Assembly (NCBI GenBank): GCA_050331735.1
Contig: JBHJGN010000057.1
Location: 15,432 to 79,431 of the forward strand
Reading direction: 5' to 3'
From: Cyanophyceae cyanobacterium
GTDB lineage: Bacteria > Cyanobacteriota > Cyanobacteriia > Cyanobacteriales > JBHJGN01
Length of the DNA stretch: 64,000 nucleotides
Part shown: positions 30,890-40,325 of the stretch, one piece after another
Numbering within the stretch: position 1 is the stretch's first letter
How the letters are laid out: each line of letters starts with the position of its first letter
Made by a program: the position numbers and the translations under genes
Notes under the pieces: model-generated
The model's input: only the letters and a program-made list of their open reading frames with translations
Databases searched by the model: none
Told to the model about the DNA's origin: nothing

Positions 30890-31090
30890 GCCGACTGTAC
30901 CAACTACCTAAAGTTATTGGCTCGAAAAGTATCTAGACGGTGGACTGAGTGGCTTAGTCCGCCGGATTCGTCATCAGAAGCCCAGTCGGTTGACCCCAGA
31001 GCAACAACAGCAACTCAAATTTCTATCGGCACAACAATGGCAAAAAACACTCACTTTCATCTTTTCACTTTCCTAACCTTTTTGGTGGGA
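30890..31090 (+). mobile_element. Degraded IS630-like transposase fragment
   Basis: Frame from 30918 reads WLEKYLDGGLSGLVRRIRHQKPSRLTPEQQQQLK, resembling the IS630 HTH linker; it is preceded by an in-frame TAA at 30909. Confidence 0.6.
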
Positions 31091-31105
31091 ATGGAGTAAT
31101 CAAGG

Positions 31106-32551
31106 CTAGCAATCGCTCTCTAAGCTAGCAAACAAACTGTTCCAGTCTGTTTCTCCGTTCTCTCCCTCTCGCACCTCAAAGGTTTTATCGCAGGCAGAAG
31201 AATGCTGGAGGGCCTCGATGCAAAGCTCCGCGATCGCCTCCCGACTCACCTGCCCCTTCATCGTATCACCTTGGTCAACCACTAATGCTTTATCCCCTGG
31301 TGCTTCAGTCAGTGCGCAGGGACGAACAATTGTATAAGACAGTCCGCTTTTCCGCACCGCCTCTTCTCCTCGCAGTTTCCAGGTCAGAATCCCGCCAAGC
31401 TGGTCGTTCATTCTCACAGCGGGCGGTTCTTCTTCTAAATCAAGATCCGGACGACCCGGACGAGTTACCCCCGCAGAACTCACCATCACAAACTGGGGCG
31501 TAGCTTGTCCGCCATAGGCTTTAATAGTCGCCACCTCTAGACGAAAAGCTCCCGGCTCAAAGCGAGGATTCAGGTCTCCATCGTATTCAAACTTACTGAG
31601 CATCAACTGCATCGAGCAAATGTGTTGAGGATTGAGCCTCGCCTCAGCTACCGTTTTGGCCCGGAACACCGGAATCAGATCGGCAAAAGGAACTTGAATC
31701 TTTATCCAGCTATTCTTAGTCGTATCAAAAGAATAACTATAGCCCACGCCGTCCCATTTATCCTCACAGCGGAGGATGAATTTGTAGCGCTTGCCATCTC
31801 CTCTCACCTGCAGTTCCACTCCTTGGTAAACAGATAGGTCTAGCGGAGACTGAAAGTTACGGGTCCGCACTGAGGCAAAGCCACCGTTGTTTTCAGTCGA
31901 GACAGTCCCGGAGAACGCGGCGCAGCCGTCTGTTTGGTAAATGCCGCTTTCGCTCACGCCACCCATGACGACATCATCAACAGCACCCCAGGTATCTTCA
32001 ACGCTTAGTAAAGTATCTGTAAAATCGCAGAGGAGCTTTTGCTGCGCCGATATTTTTAGATGCTGACGAACGGCCTGGACTAAATTCTGAATACCCTGAT
32101 AGTCCACTATTTCTGGACTATCAACCACTTCTGGCAGGTAAAACTTAACACCTTGATAATACTTTTCCCGTTTTGGCGTGTCGCCTTCTACTGGCTGTAC
32201 CTTCACGCCAGTGCAGCAAATCACGGCTTCCACCTGCTGCATCATCTGTAGTGTCAAGGTTTCGGGGATAGTGATATCGGCGGCAAATAGCTCAACGCGA
32301 TCGCCGAGAATTTTGTGCGCTCTTGATTTGTCTCTCACCAAAGCCCGGACACGATGACCGCGCTCAACTAAGCGGCGAACGACTCGCTGACCGACGCCTC
32401 CTGTTGCTCCAGCTACTAAAATGACCAACGGATTACCTCTTTCTGTTTGAGATGAACTGCCCGATAGCTGCGGTAGCCAGCTAAAGGGCCGATTGAAATA
32501 AACAAGAGTTTTGATAAATCTGCCTAGATTCCACTGCGGTTTACGGCTCAT
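31106..32551 (-). CDS. NAD(P)-binding atypical SDR with inserted CIA30 domain
   Basis: VAGATGGVG; WGAVDDVVMGGVSES, NNGGFASVR and LMLSKFEYDG (CIA30); YTIVRPCAL. Confidence 0.9.
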   Translation of the reverse strand: MSRKPQWNLGRFIKTLVYFNRPFSWLPQLSGSSSQTERGNPLVILVAGATGGVGQRVVRRLVERGHRVRALVRDKSRAHKILGDRVELFAADITIPETLTLQMMQQVEAVICCTGVKVQPVEGDTPKREKYYQGVKFYLPEVVDSPEIVDYQGIQNLVQAVRQHLKISAQQKLLCDFTDTLLSVEDTWGAVDDVVMGGVSESGIYQTDGCAAFSGTVSTENNGGFASVRTRNFQSPLDLSVYQGVELQVRGDGKRYKFILRCEDKWDGVGYSYSFDTTKNSWIKIQVPFADLIPVFRAKTVAEARLNPQHICSMQLMLSKFEYDGDLNPRFEPGAFRLEVATIKAYGGQATPQFVMVSSAGVTRPGRPDLDLEEEPPAVRMNDQLGGILTWKLRGEEAVRKSGLSYTIVRPCALTEAPGDKALVVDQGDTMKGQVSREAIAELCIEALQHSSACDKTFEVREGENGETDWNSLFASLESDC

Positions 32552-32596
32552 GTCTTCAGATGACTGTGAGTTTGGCGCTCATTCTTAACAACCAGC

Positions 32597-33673
32597 TTAG
32601 GGATAATCGCGATACGGAGCAAATCCGACCTGTTCTATTAATTGCTGCCCCTGAGTGCTTAAGAGAAGGTTAGCATAGGCGTTTCCCGCTTGTTCGTCTA
32701 CACTCCCGTCTCGTTTGACAACCACGTAAAGTTTTCTAGTCAGGGGATAAGAACCGTCGGCAAAAGCAGCCGTGTTCACTTCGGCGCTGGTAGCTGGAGA
32801 CACAAATTTACCGTTTTCCCCGGCGATAGCAATCGTTGCCACGGTTTCCTGTCCGACGACAACAGCAGCACTAGCGTAACCAATTCCTCCTGGGGTCTGG
32901 GCAACTTGGCGAATGGCCAACGTCGTATTTTCTACAATTTCTACCGTGGCTCCAAACTCCCCCGCCAGTACCGCTTCTTGCAAAATCGACGCTGTACCGC
33001 TGGTTGGCGGATTGAGGCTATAGGGAGTAATGGGCAGGTTAGGGCCGCCAAGTTCCTCCCAGTTGCTGACTTTTCCTGTATAAATTAGGCTGATTTGGGA
33101 GAGAGTGAGACCTGGAATCGAAAGTTCAGGATGAACGAAAAAAGCAATTCCATCCCAGGCAACGGGAATTTGTGCTAACTCAAACCCTTTCCTTTGGGCC
33201 GTCTTTTTTTCCGCCGCTCGTAGAGAACGGGAAGATTCGGCAAAGCTAATTTGGTCTGCCAACAGACGTTGAATTTCCCTCGCTGAGCCTAGCTGGTCGT
33301 CCATCGACTCAGTATATACAGGATAAAAGCGAGGATGAGCCTCATTGATAGCGGCGAGGATAACAGGGGAGCGCAGAGGAGCAAAGGTTGTTGCTCCTCC
33401 ATAAATAAAGACTCCCTGTGGAACATTTTGGACCTCCGTTAAGGTTGAATAAACAGGGTCTAGTTCTCGCTTGAGAGTAGTCCCCGCCGTATGAACAAGA
33501 CCGTAGATAGAGCCTGCAAAAGCTAAAGTGGAGGCAGCAATAGCGATTTTGAATGGCCCAGTGAATTTTTGAGGAACTAACACGACACTACGACAGTTAG
33601 GATTCGTTGAACGGTTGATGCTGAGATTGCCAGGATATCCGGTAGTCAAATCACCGCTAATTAGGTTCTTCAA
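32597..33673 (-). CDS. PstS-like substrate-binding-domain protein with N-terminal membrane anchor
   Basis: YGGATTFAPLR, FAESSRSL, VAWDGIAFFVHP, SGT, YPLTRKLYVV. Start uncertain. Confidence 0.85.
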   Translation of the reverse strand: MKNLISGDLTTGYPGNLSINRSTNPNCRSVVLVPQKFTGPFKIAIAASTLAFAGSIYGLVHTAGTTLKRELDPVYSTLTEVQNVPQGVFIYGGATTFAPLRSPVILAAINEAHPRFYPVYTESMDDQLGSAREIQRLLADQISFAESSRSLRAAEKKTAQRKGFELAQIPVAWDGIAFFVHPELSIPGLTLSQISLIYTGKVSNWEELGGPNLPITPYSLNPPTSGTASILQEAVLAGEFGATVEIVENTTLAIRQVAQTPGGIGYASAAVVVGQETVATIAIAGENGKFVSPATSAEVNTAAFADGSYPLTRKLYVVVKRDGSVDEQAGNAYANLLLSTQGQQLIEQVGFAPYRDYP

Positions 33674-33696
33674 GAGCTAATCCGACGGGTTTATGT

Positions 33697-35436
33697 TCAG
33701 GAATTCAAGCCGTTTTCCGTTGGTTTTAGGTAGCTCTGCGATCGCTCAGTCTGTTCGATCAAATTTACCTGGTCTACCGTAAATCCTACCTGAGTTGCTA
33801 GCTGACTAAACAGATCAATTTCTGCCTTTTGCCAATTGCGAGGCTCTGAACAGTGGTGCGCCATCATTAACCCCAGAAGCTGATTGTTTTTAAGAATCGG
33901 AGCAACCAACTGGGCTTTAACGGCAAACTGCTCTACGGTTCTGATATAGCATTCGCTCAAGCCTGGTTCCTGATAAATATCATCGATGGCTCGGACTCGC
34001 CCGTTTTTATACATCTCCACTAAACCGTTGCCTAAGCAGGGGTCGTCAATTTTAACTTTGAGCGTTTGCGGCCATCCAGAAGCAACCGATTCCGCAACGA
34101 CCACTCCTTCCCAATTAGTCGGATCGAGTCCATAAATCAGCACTCGGTCGGTATTAAGCGCACGACGGACCTCTTTAACAGCGACCTTGAGCAGCTCCTC
34201 CATGTGTTGAACTCGACGCAGGCGGAGAATAATTTCCGTAACGAGCTGGACTCGCTCAGCTTCCTCTTCTTGCTGTTCGAGGAAACTGACTTCTTCTATC
34301 GAAAAACCGATTTGGGTGGCTAGCTCAGAAAAGAGCTCGATCTCTGCCTTCTGCCAATTGCGGGGTTCTGAACAATGATGAGCAATCAGTAAGCCCAGCA
34401 GCTGTTTGTTTTTCATCACCGGAGCAATAATTTCTGCTTTGACGGCAAACTGTTCTAGCATTCTAATGTAGCAATCTCCTAACCCCGGTTCCTGATAGAC
34501 GTTTTCAATGACGCGCACCCGACCGTGTTTGTACATCTCAACATGAGAATCTCGAAAACAGGGATCGTCAATTCTAACCCGCAACGTTTTTGGCCATTCA
34601 GGCGCCACCGATTCCGCAACAACGAGTCCTTCCCAGTTAGTCGAATCTAAACCATAAATCAATACTCGGTCTGTTTTTAAAGCGCGACGCACTTCTTTAA
34701 CTGCGACTCTAAGCAGTTCCTCGAGATACTGTGTTCGCCGGAGGCGAAGGCTGATTTCTTGAACTATCTGTGCTAATTCGGCCGCTTCTTCCTGCTGCTC
34801 TAGTAATTTATCTGGCTCTGAACTGGTGTCAGCATAAGTCAGTAGCTTAGTCGAAAATGATTCAGGAGCTTCCTTGGGCAGAGTGGGGGCAGCAGCCATC
34901 GGTTCGCTCGCAGCCATTTGGGAATCGGGGGGAAACTCCTCTAGCTGAGCCGACAGCTCGCTAAATACATCTGGATCTTCGTCTACATGCTTATCTTTAT
35001 CCGGCTCGGATTTAACTTGCCGAATGCCCCGATAGGCGAGGAAAGTTGCCACCAGTCCAACAAGCAGCAAAGCGGCTACAACGGTCAGCACTCCCCAGAG
35101 AACAATCGGAGGTTGAATGAGATTTTCAGACTCAGCAGTAATTTCTGAGGATTCGGTTTGAGATTGTGCCAGCAGTGGTTCGTTGGTAAGCTGGGCGCTC
35201 GTTGGTCTAGCGAGAACCGACATGAAACTAGCCGCAAGCACCACTAGGGCTGTAGCAGTACGCCCGCTACGCCGACGACGAAATTGACCCCTGTCAACGT
35301 GGCGGCAATGATCACCACACTCCTGTCTACTTTGGGAGCTAGCATTCAACCAAGAGTCTACTGTCTGCGGTGCTGAATTGTTGAGTTCCTGCTGGCCAGA
35401 AAAGAGCTGCCCAAGAGAAGTTAAAACCTGAAACAT
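33697..35436 (-). CDS. Membrane-anchored tandem-GAF cyanobacteriochrome (DXCF-type)
   Basis: TM helix, then two GAF domains with DRVLIY, VVAESV, IDDPCF and IDDPCL, GDCY and SECY, HHCSEPRNW. Confidence 0.88.
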   Translation of the reverse strand: MFQVLTSLGQLFSGQQELNNSAPQTVDSWLNASSQSRQECGDHCRHVDRGQFRRRRSGRTATALVVLAASFMSVLARPTSAQLTNEPLLAQSQTESSEITAESENLIQPPIVLWGVLTVVAALLLVGLVATFLAYRGIRQVKSEPDKDKHVDEDPDVFSELSAQLEEFPPDSQMAASEPMAAAPTLPKEAPESFSTKLLTYADTSSEPDKLLEQQEEAAELAQIVQEISLRLRRTQYLEELLRVAVKEVRRALKTDRVLIYGLDSTNWEGLVVAESVAPEWPKTLRVRIDDPCFRDSHVEMYKHGRVRVIENVYQEPGLGDCYIRMLEQFAVKAEIIAPVMKNKQLLGLLIAHHCSEPRNWQKAEIELFSELATQIGFSIEEVSFLEQQEEEAERVQLVTEIILRLRRVQHMEELLKVAVKEVRRALNTDRVLIYGLDPTNWEGVVVAESVASGWPQTLKVKIDDPCLGNGLVEMYKNGRVRAIDDIYQEPGLSECYIRTVEQFAVKAQLVAPILKNNQLLGLMMAHHCSEPRNWQKAEIDLFSQLATQVGFTVDQVNLIEQTERSQSYLKPTENGLNS

Positions 35437-35728
35437 GTTTTGCTTAGTTACCGATTATCTTAGAATGCATGTTAAAACTACTTAACACAGGTATTTTAAA
35501 AGTAAAATCTCGGATTTTAGTGAACTAATCTGGCTACTGGCTTCCACAACACAGATGTTTTTGCTGACCGTACTCGGCTAAGCTTGATAGTCTGAGTCCT
35601 TAGAAAAGAGCATCTTGATAAATAAGCACTTTTCCTCTCTTCACCCCAGCAGAAACCAAGAGGACCAATAATTGCTACTTCAGCTATCGTTAATCTTCCC
35701 TGTCATCTTCCTAGCGACTAACCAGCGC

Positions 35729-36067
35729 TTAACCACCACTGATTTTGGCTTGATATCCGAGCTTCGCCAGGAGTGGCAGCAATTTTTGGGCGTGATCTCC
35801 CTGGACCTCGAGAAGATTTTCTTTAATTGTACCGCCGCTGCCGCACTGAATCTTGATCTGCTTGAGTAAATTAGCGAGGGTTTCTGAGGGACATTGAAAA
35901 CCAGAAATGATGGTGACTGTTTTGCCTTTACGCCCTTTTTTAGAAGTTTGGATACGCAAATGTTGCTGCTGGGGAGGAAGCTCCCGAACAGCTCTCGCTA
36001 CGGCAGATGAATGTGTCTTGCCAAACTCTTGGTAGACAACTCGCTTTTGACGGTACTGGGAAGACAT
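35729..36067 (-). CDS. yciH: SUI1/YciH translation initiation factor
   Basis: KKGRKGKTVTII, CGSGGT, EVQGDH. Confidence 0.92.
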   Translation of the reverse strand: MSSQYRQKRVVYQEFGKTHSSAVARAVRELPPQQQHLRIQTSKKGRKGKTVTIISGFQCPSETLANLLKQIKIQCGSGGTIKENLLEVQGDHAQKLLPLLAKLGYQAKISGG

Positions 36068-36339
36068 GATGGGAACTCAACCTACGATTCTTCTCTATAC
36101 TAAAAGACAATTCTTGAGATTTCCGTCCAAATTGAGCAAGATCGCCAAGATTTGCCAAGGAACTTTATTCAGCAGCTATCACGAGCTAGCGAGCTTCTCA
36201 TCGACTAAAAACTAACGTTGACTGTTTTGGGATTGACCGTCTGATACGGTCGGTCTACTATCAAGCTACTAGGATGCTGAGTCTTGAGGGAGAACAGCAT
36301 TAATAGAACGTGCTTCAAGAACGCTACGGACAAAATAGT

Positions 36340-36960
36340 ATGGAAAATTTCAAAATCTGCGATCGCGACTTAGACGAGGCGATTCTCTCTCGCTATTTGG
36401 CAGCGGAGGCCGTGGCGGTAGATACTGAAACGATGGGGCTAGTTCTCGGGCGCGATCGCCTCTGTTTAGTGCAGCTATGCGATTCAGAAGGCTACGTGAC
36501 GGCACTACGCGTTGCCAAAGGACAAACAGCAGCTCCTCTTCTCAAACATTTGCTAGAAGCCGATGTCACGAAGGTCTTTCATTTTGCGCGTTTCGATGTT
36601 GCTCAGCTTCAATACAGCTTGGGGATCAACACGCAGCCGATTTTCTGTACTAAAATTGCTAGTAAGCTCGCCCGCACCTATACTTCCAGCCACGGATTAA
36701 AGGCACTGGTTCAGGAGCTGGAGGGAGTAGAGCTTGATAAAAGTGCTCAAAGTTCCGACTGGGGCAATGTTGCCAGCCTCTCCACTAAGCAGCTTAGCTA
36801 TGCGGCTAATGATGTGCGCTACCTGCTCAGCATTCGGGAGAAGTTAACAAAGATGCTGAAGCGAGAGGAACGCTGGGAACTAGCGCATCAGTGTTTTCAG
36901 TGTATTCCCGTTCTGGTGGCTCTCGACGCCCAGCAATATCACAACGTCTTTGAACACTAG
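36340..36960 (+). CDS. Ribonuclease D-like 3'-5' exonuclease
   Basis: AVDTETMGL, HFARFD, CTKIASK, SSDWG, YAANDV (DEDDy); ATG at 36340. Confidence 0.9.
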   Translation: MENFKICDRDLDEAILSRYLAAEAVAVDTETMGLVLGRDRLCLVQLCDSEGYVTALRVAKGQTAAPLLKHLLEADVTKVFHFARFDVAQLQYSLGINTQPIFCTKIASKLARTYTSSHGLKALVQELEGVELDKSAQSSDWGNVASLSTKQLSYAANDVRYLLSIREKLTKMLKREERWELAHQCFQCIPVLVALDAQQYHNVFEH

Positions 36961-37017
36961 CAAAAATACCGATTTGGAAGCGCAGATGCCAGTCAATCTC
37001 AGCTCCTCGCTCTTGAC

Positions 37018-37488
37018 CTAGCTAAGTTCCGGTGAAGCGAGCAAAGCGCGTCGCCGGTCTAACCACTGCTGAAGAATAATGGCGGCTGCTTGACGGTCAA
37101 TGAGACCCTTGTTGTACGACGACAAGCGCTTTTGGGCTTTGAGCTGTTCTCGAGCTTCTACAGAGGTCAATCTTTCATCTACGTATTCAATTGGAAGCTG
37201 AAGGGCTGTTGCCACTCGGTTCGCCCACTTTTGCACCTGTCGCGCCTGAAAACCAAGGTTTCCATTCATCGAATAGGGAAGTCCGACTACCAGAATTTGT
37301 GCTTCTCGTTCTTGTACCAGCTCCCTTAGCTGAGCTAAATCCCGCTCGAAGCAAGACCGCTCAATGGTTGTCAGTCCGGTCGCAATCAGTCCGGTTCCGT
37401 CACATCCGGCTACTCCAACGCGCTTTTTGCCCACGTCTAAGCCGAGGGCAGATACTTTGAGGAGCTTTCGCCGAGAACTTTGTTGCAC
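37018..37488 (-). CDS. ruvX: YqgF/RuvX pre-16S rRNA nuclease
   Basis: LGLDVGKKRVGVA, VGLP, VDERLTS, IDRQAAAIILQ. Confidence 0.93.
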   Translation of the reverse strand: MQQSSRRKLLKVSALGLDVGKKRVGVAGCDGTGLIATGLTTIERSCFERDLAQLRELVQEREAQILVVGLPYSMNGNLGFQARQVQKWANRVATALQLPIEYVDERLTSVEAREQLKAQKRLSSYNKGLIDRQAAAIILQQWLDRRRALLASPELS

Positions 37489-37562
37489 AACAGCGCCAGA
37501 AATACGTTGACTAACTTAATCGTCACTATCCCAGAGGAGGAGTTTAGGTTTACTGCGGCCCA

Positions 37563-38786
37563 TCATTTCGAGCCATTTTCCGGCCCTTCTGCTCGCTCTT
37601 GAGCTAAAGATTCGTCTTGAGACAGCGAATCGGTCAGATTCTGAGAGCGAGCAGAAGGCCAAAACTTCAGGGCAGATATTCGCGTCGGGATCGGAGTCCG
37701 AACGGGTTGAAGTCCCTGTAAAACCTCGGTCCACTGAAGTTTTTCGAGGGGCTTCGACTCTCGCAGTTTATGCCATACCGACCTTGACATTAGTAACGTA
37801 TGGTCGACACGAATCGCCCCCAGGTTTTCAAGATATTCTTCGCGTTCCGGCTGATAATCAGCCGACGCTAACTCCAACGACTGAGGCGGGAGGTTTTGAA
37901 TCGTCTGCGCCATCTGAGCCAGTAATTTAGGGTAGAGCCACGTATATGCTGGATGAACCGTTAGCTGGGCGCGATGAGGTTCAGAAGCGTCTCGACAGAG
38001 CTCGAGCTTGAAGGTGCCGATCGCGGCTTTCCGCTGTGGTTCAAATACGTAGTAACTAACAACGGGTGTTTGTCCGAGCCACTGTCTGAGCTTCGTGAGC
38101 GAGGCACTCAAAAAATTGGTTTTGAAGTCTTGGGTATGACGGTCGAATACCTGACGCAGCAGCGGCGGCATAGAGACTGTGTCGAGCTGGTACAGCAAAG
38201 GCGCGTCCGCATTACTGACTGGTAGAAGATTGGGCAAATCCGGATCTTGTTGAGCAAGCTGTTCTAGCAAGTTGGGAGTCAGCGACCAATAGGTCATCTG
38301 TGCCAGAGGCTGAAAGCCATTTTGCCGATACAGGGCTAGCGTTTTTTTATGATTGATGTTGACTTCTAGAATCCAGGTTCTGGCTTCCCAAATTGTCTCA
38401 AAACAGTAGCGTAATAGCTGAGAACCAACGCCTTTAGACCTTGACACTAATTCTGGTTCGGTATCGGTATCGGTAGCTAACACCCAATCTACCCGCCAGG
38501 TACTGCGGGTTTGGTTGAATGGAGAAACCTGAATGAGACCTTGAAGCTGCTGTTCTGCTTGGGCCACATAAATGCGAAAGTGGCGCAGCAGAGGATTGGG
38601 AAATAACTTGAAAAACTTCAGCACCCCATACCAATTCCTAAATTGCTGTAGCTCTCTGCTTAAGGTAACCGAACAGCTATGCTGATTGTTCTGCAAACCA
38701 GCCGCTAGAGATTCTATGGCCTCTAGATCGCGATATTGTACTGAACGAATGACAATATTTGAGTTCTCAGTCGGAGATGAAGCCAT
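37563..38786 (-). CDS. Cyanobacterial GNAT-family N-acetyltransferase
   Basis: GVGSQLLRYC, LALYRQNGFQPLAQ; probable ATG at MASSPT; directly upstream of ruvX. Confidence 0.85.
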   Translation of the reverse strand: MASSPTENSNIVIRSVQYRDLEAIESLAAGLQNNQHSCSVTLSRELQQFRNWYGVLKFFKLFPNPLLRHFRIYVAQAEQQLQGLIQVSPFNQTRSTWRVDWVLATDTDTEPELVSRSKGVGSQLLRYCFETIWEARTWILEVNINHKKTLALYRQNGFQPLAQMTYWSLTPNLLEQLAQQDPDLPNLLPVSNADAPLLYQLDTVSMPPLLRQVFDRHTQDFKTNFLSASLTKLRQWLGQTPVVSYYVFEPQRKAAIGTFKLELCRDASEPHRAQLTVHPAYTWLYPKLLAQMAQTIQNLPPQSLELASADYQPEREEYLENLGAIRVDHTLLMSRSVWHKLRESKPLEKLQWTEVLQGLQPVRTPIPTRISALKFWPSARSQNLTDSLSQDESLAQERAEGPENGSK

Positions 38787-39411
38787 AAGCAAAGTATAAA
38801 GGGGGCGGCGGTCAGCACAGGTCGAGTCGGCAACCAATGCCGACTATTGCTATTTTAACGATTTTCTCAACATTAGTGGCGATCGCCACTAATCCTAGCG
38901 GAAAACGCTCCGAGTGGAGGTTGAGTTGATTGCTACTGTCTGTTCAGCGCTGCCTCGTGTCTTCATTTAGGCACTAAGCTTTAGCCATGAACTAGGCATG
39001 CTCAGAGTTGTAGCATGCTGTTTACTCCTCCACGCCTTGGTTTAACCTGGTATCGCTCAGCAAATTCCGGCTAATACTTTAGTCAATTTTCTGATTAAGC
39101 CTTTATAATTTTGAATTGCTGACTGTGTAGGATTGTCTGAACTGAGAGGAAGTATTCTCTAATTCTGTCGCTCCTGTGCGCTCTGACTTCAGTTCCCGGA
39201 GAAAATTCTGCTTTTATTCATCCAATCATTATAAAGTTTTGTAAACTACGTTTAATATTGTTCTGAGTGACTCCTGCCGCTTCGGGACGGCTTTTCTACC
39301 GACAGGCGATGAAGCCGCTACCGAGGAACATCTGGGAGTTTGAGGATTCACGGTGATTGTTACCCTGTCTCAATTTAGTAGACTAATCTTGGTTAGGAGG
39401 TTCTAATTTTA

Positions 39412-40320
39412 ATGAAACAACTCGTTACTGTCGAGCGCTCTTTTTTAATCGGTCATCTCTTGTCAATGGTTTTTGGCTTGGCAGGACTACTATTGGTTTT
39501 GCCAAATCCAGAGTTTATTGCTGATCTACCAGATTTTGGGAAAACCGCCTTTAGTTGGTCCATGGCAGGAGGCGGAGTTGTCTACATGATCTTTGGCGCA
39601 GTCGCTGTCGCCATTTATGCCTATCGAGCGTTGGGAGTCTGGCATTGGCTCACGTTTATGCTTCCTGCTCTGGTTTTGTCTCTCGGTAGCGAGCTGCTGG
39701 GGACGAGTACCGGGTTTCCTTTTGGTCACTATCGCTATTTAAGCGGGCTAGGCTACAAAATTGCCGGACTAGTCCCGTTTACGATTCCTCTCTCTTGGTT
39801 TTATGTTGGCTTGAGTGCCTACATCATTGCCCGCGTTGGTTTAGAGCATCGTCCAGGGTGGCTAAGAGCGTCAGGAGCCATTGGTATCGGGGCACTACTG
39901 TTGACCTCTTGGGATTTTGTTCTCGATCCGGCAATGAGTCAAACGGCTGTTCCTTTTTGGATTTGGGAGCAGCCTGGAGCCTTTTTTGGGATGCCCTATC
40001 AGAACTTCGCTGGCTGGCTGGGAACGGGAGCTTTATTTATGGGGGTTGCAGCTCTGCTGTGGCAGGTGAAGCCAATCGCCATTCCGAGAGCTGAACTGAA
40101 ATTGCCGTTGACTATCTACCTCAGTAACTTTGCTTTTGCTGCCGTCATGAGTCTGGCGGGTGGTTTTTACGTTCCAGTAATTTTAGGAACTCTCATCGGG
40201 GTACTGCCAATATTAGTTTTGTATTGGCTGTCTGCCGATATCTCTGCTAAATTTGGCCCAGAGCTCACCCAGAGGCAATCTGTGACCCCGATGGCTTCTT
40301 TAGGCCTGGGACGTAAGTAG
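39412..40320 (+). CDS. cruF: Carotenoid 1',2'-hydratase (myxoxanthophyll pathway)
   Basis: SELLGTSTGFPFGHY, VPFTIPLSW, WDFVLDPAM, GMPYQNFAGW; AGGAGG RBS. Confidence 0.9.
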   Translation: MKQLVTVERSFLIGHLLSMVFGLAGLLLVLPNPEFIADLPDFGKTAFSWSMAGGGVVYMIFGAVAVAIYAYRALGVWHWLTFMLPALVLSLGSELLGTSTGFPFGHYRYLSGLGYKIAGLVPFTIPLSWFYVGLSAYIIARVGLEHRPGWLRASGAIGIGALLLTSWDFVLDPAMSQTAVPFWIWEQPGAFFGMPYQNFAGWLGTGALFMGVAALLWQVKPIAIPRAELKLPLTIYLSNFAFAAVMSLAGGFYVPVILGTLIGVLPILVLYWLSADISAKFGPELTQRQSVTPMASLGLGRK

Positions 40321-40325
40321 AGCAG

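Noticed and set aside
32597..35436. GAF and PstS-like ORFs as one frameshifted gene
   Set aside because: An in-frame TAG lies two codons upstream of the PstS-like start, so a simple frameshift would not join them.
39285..39330. Purine riboswitch suggested by TTTCTACC
   Set aside because: The other purine-aptamer elements (P1-P3 junction, kissing loops) are absent.
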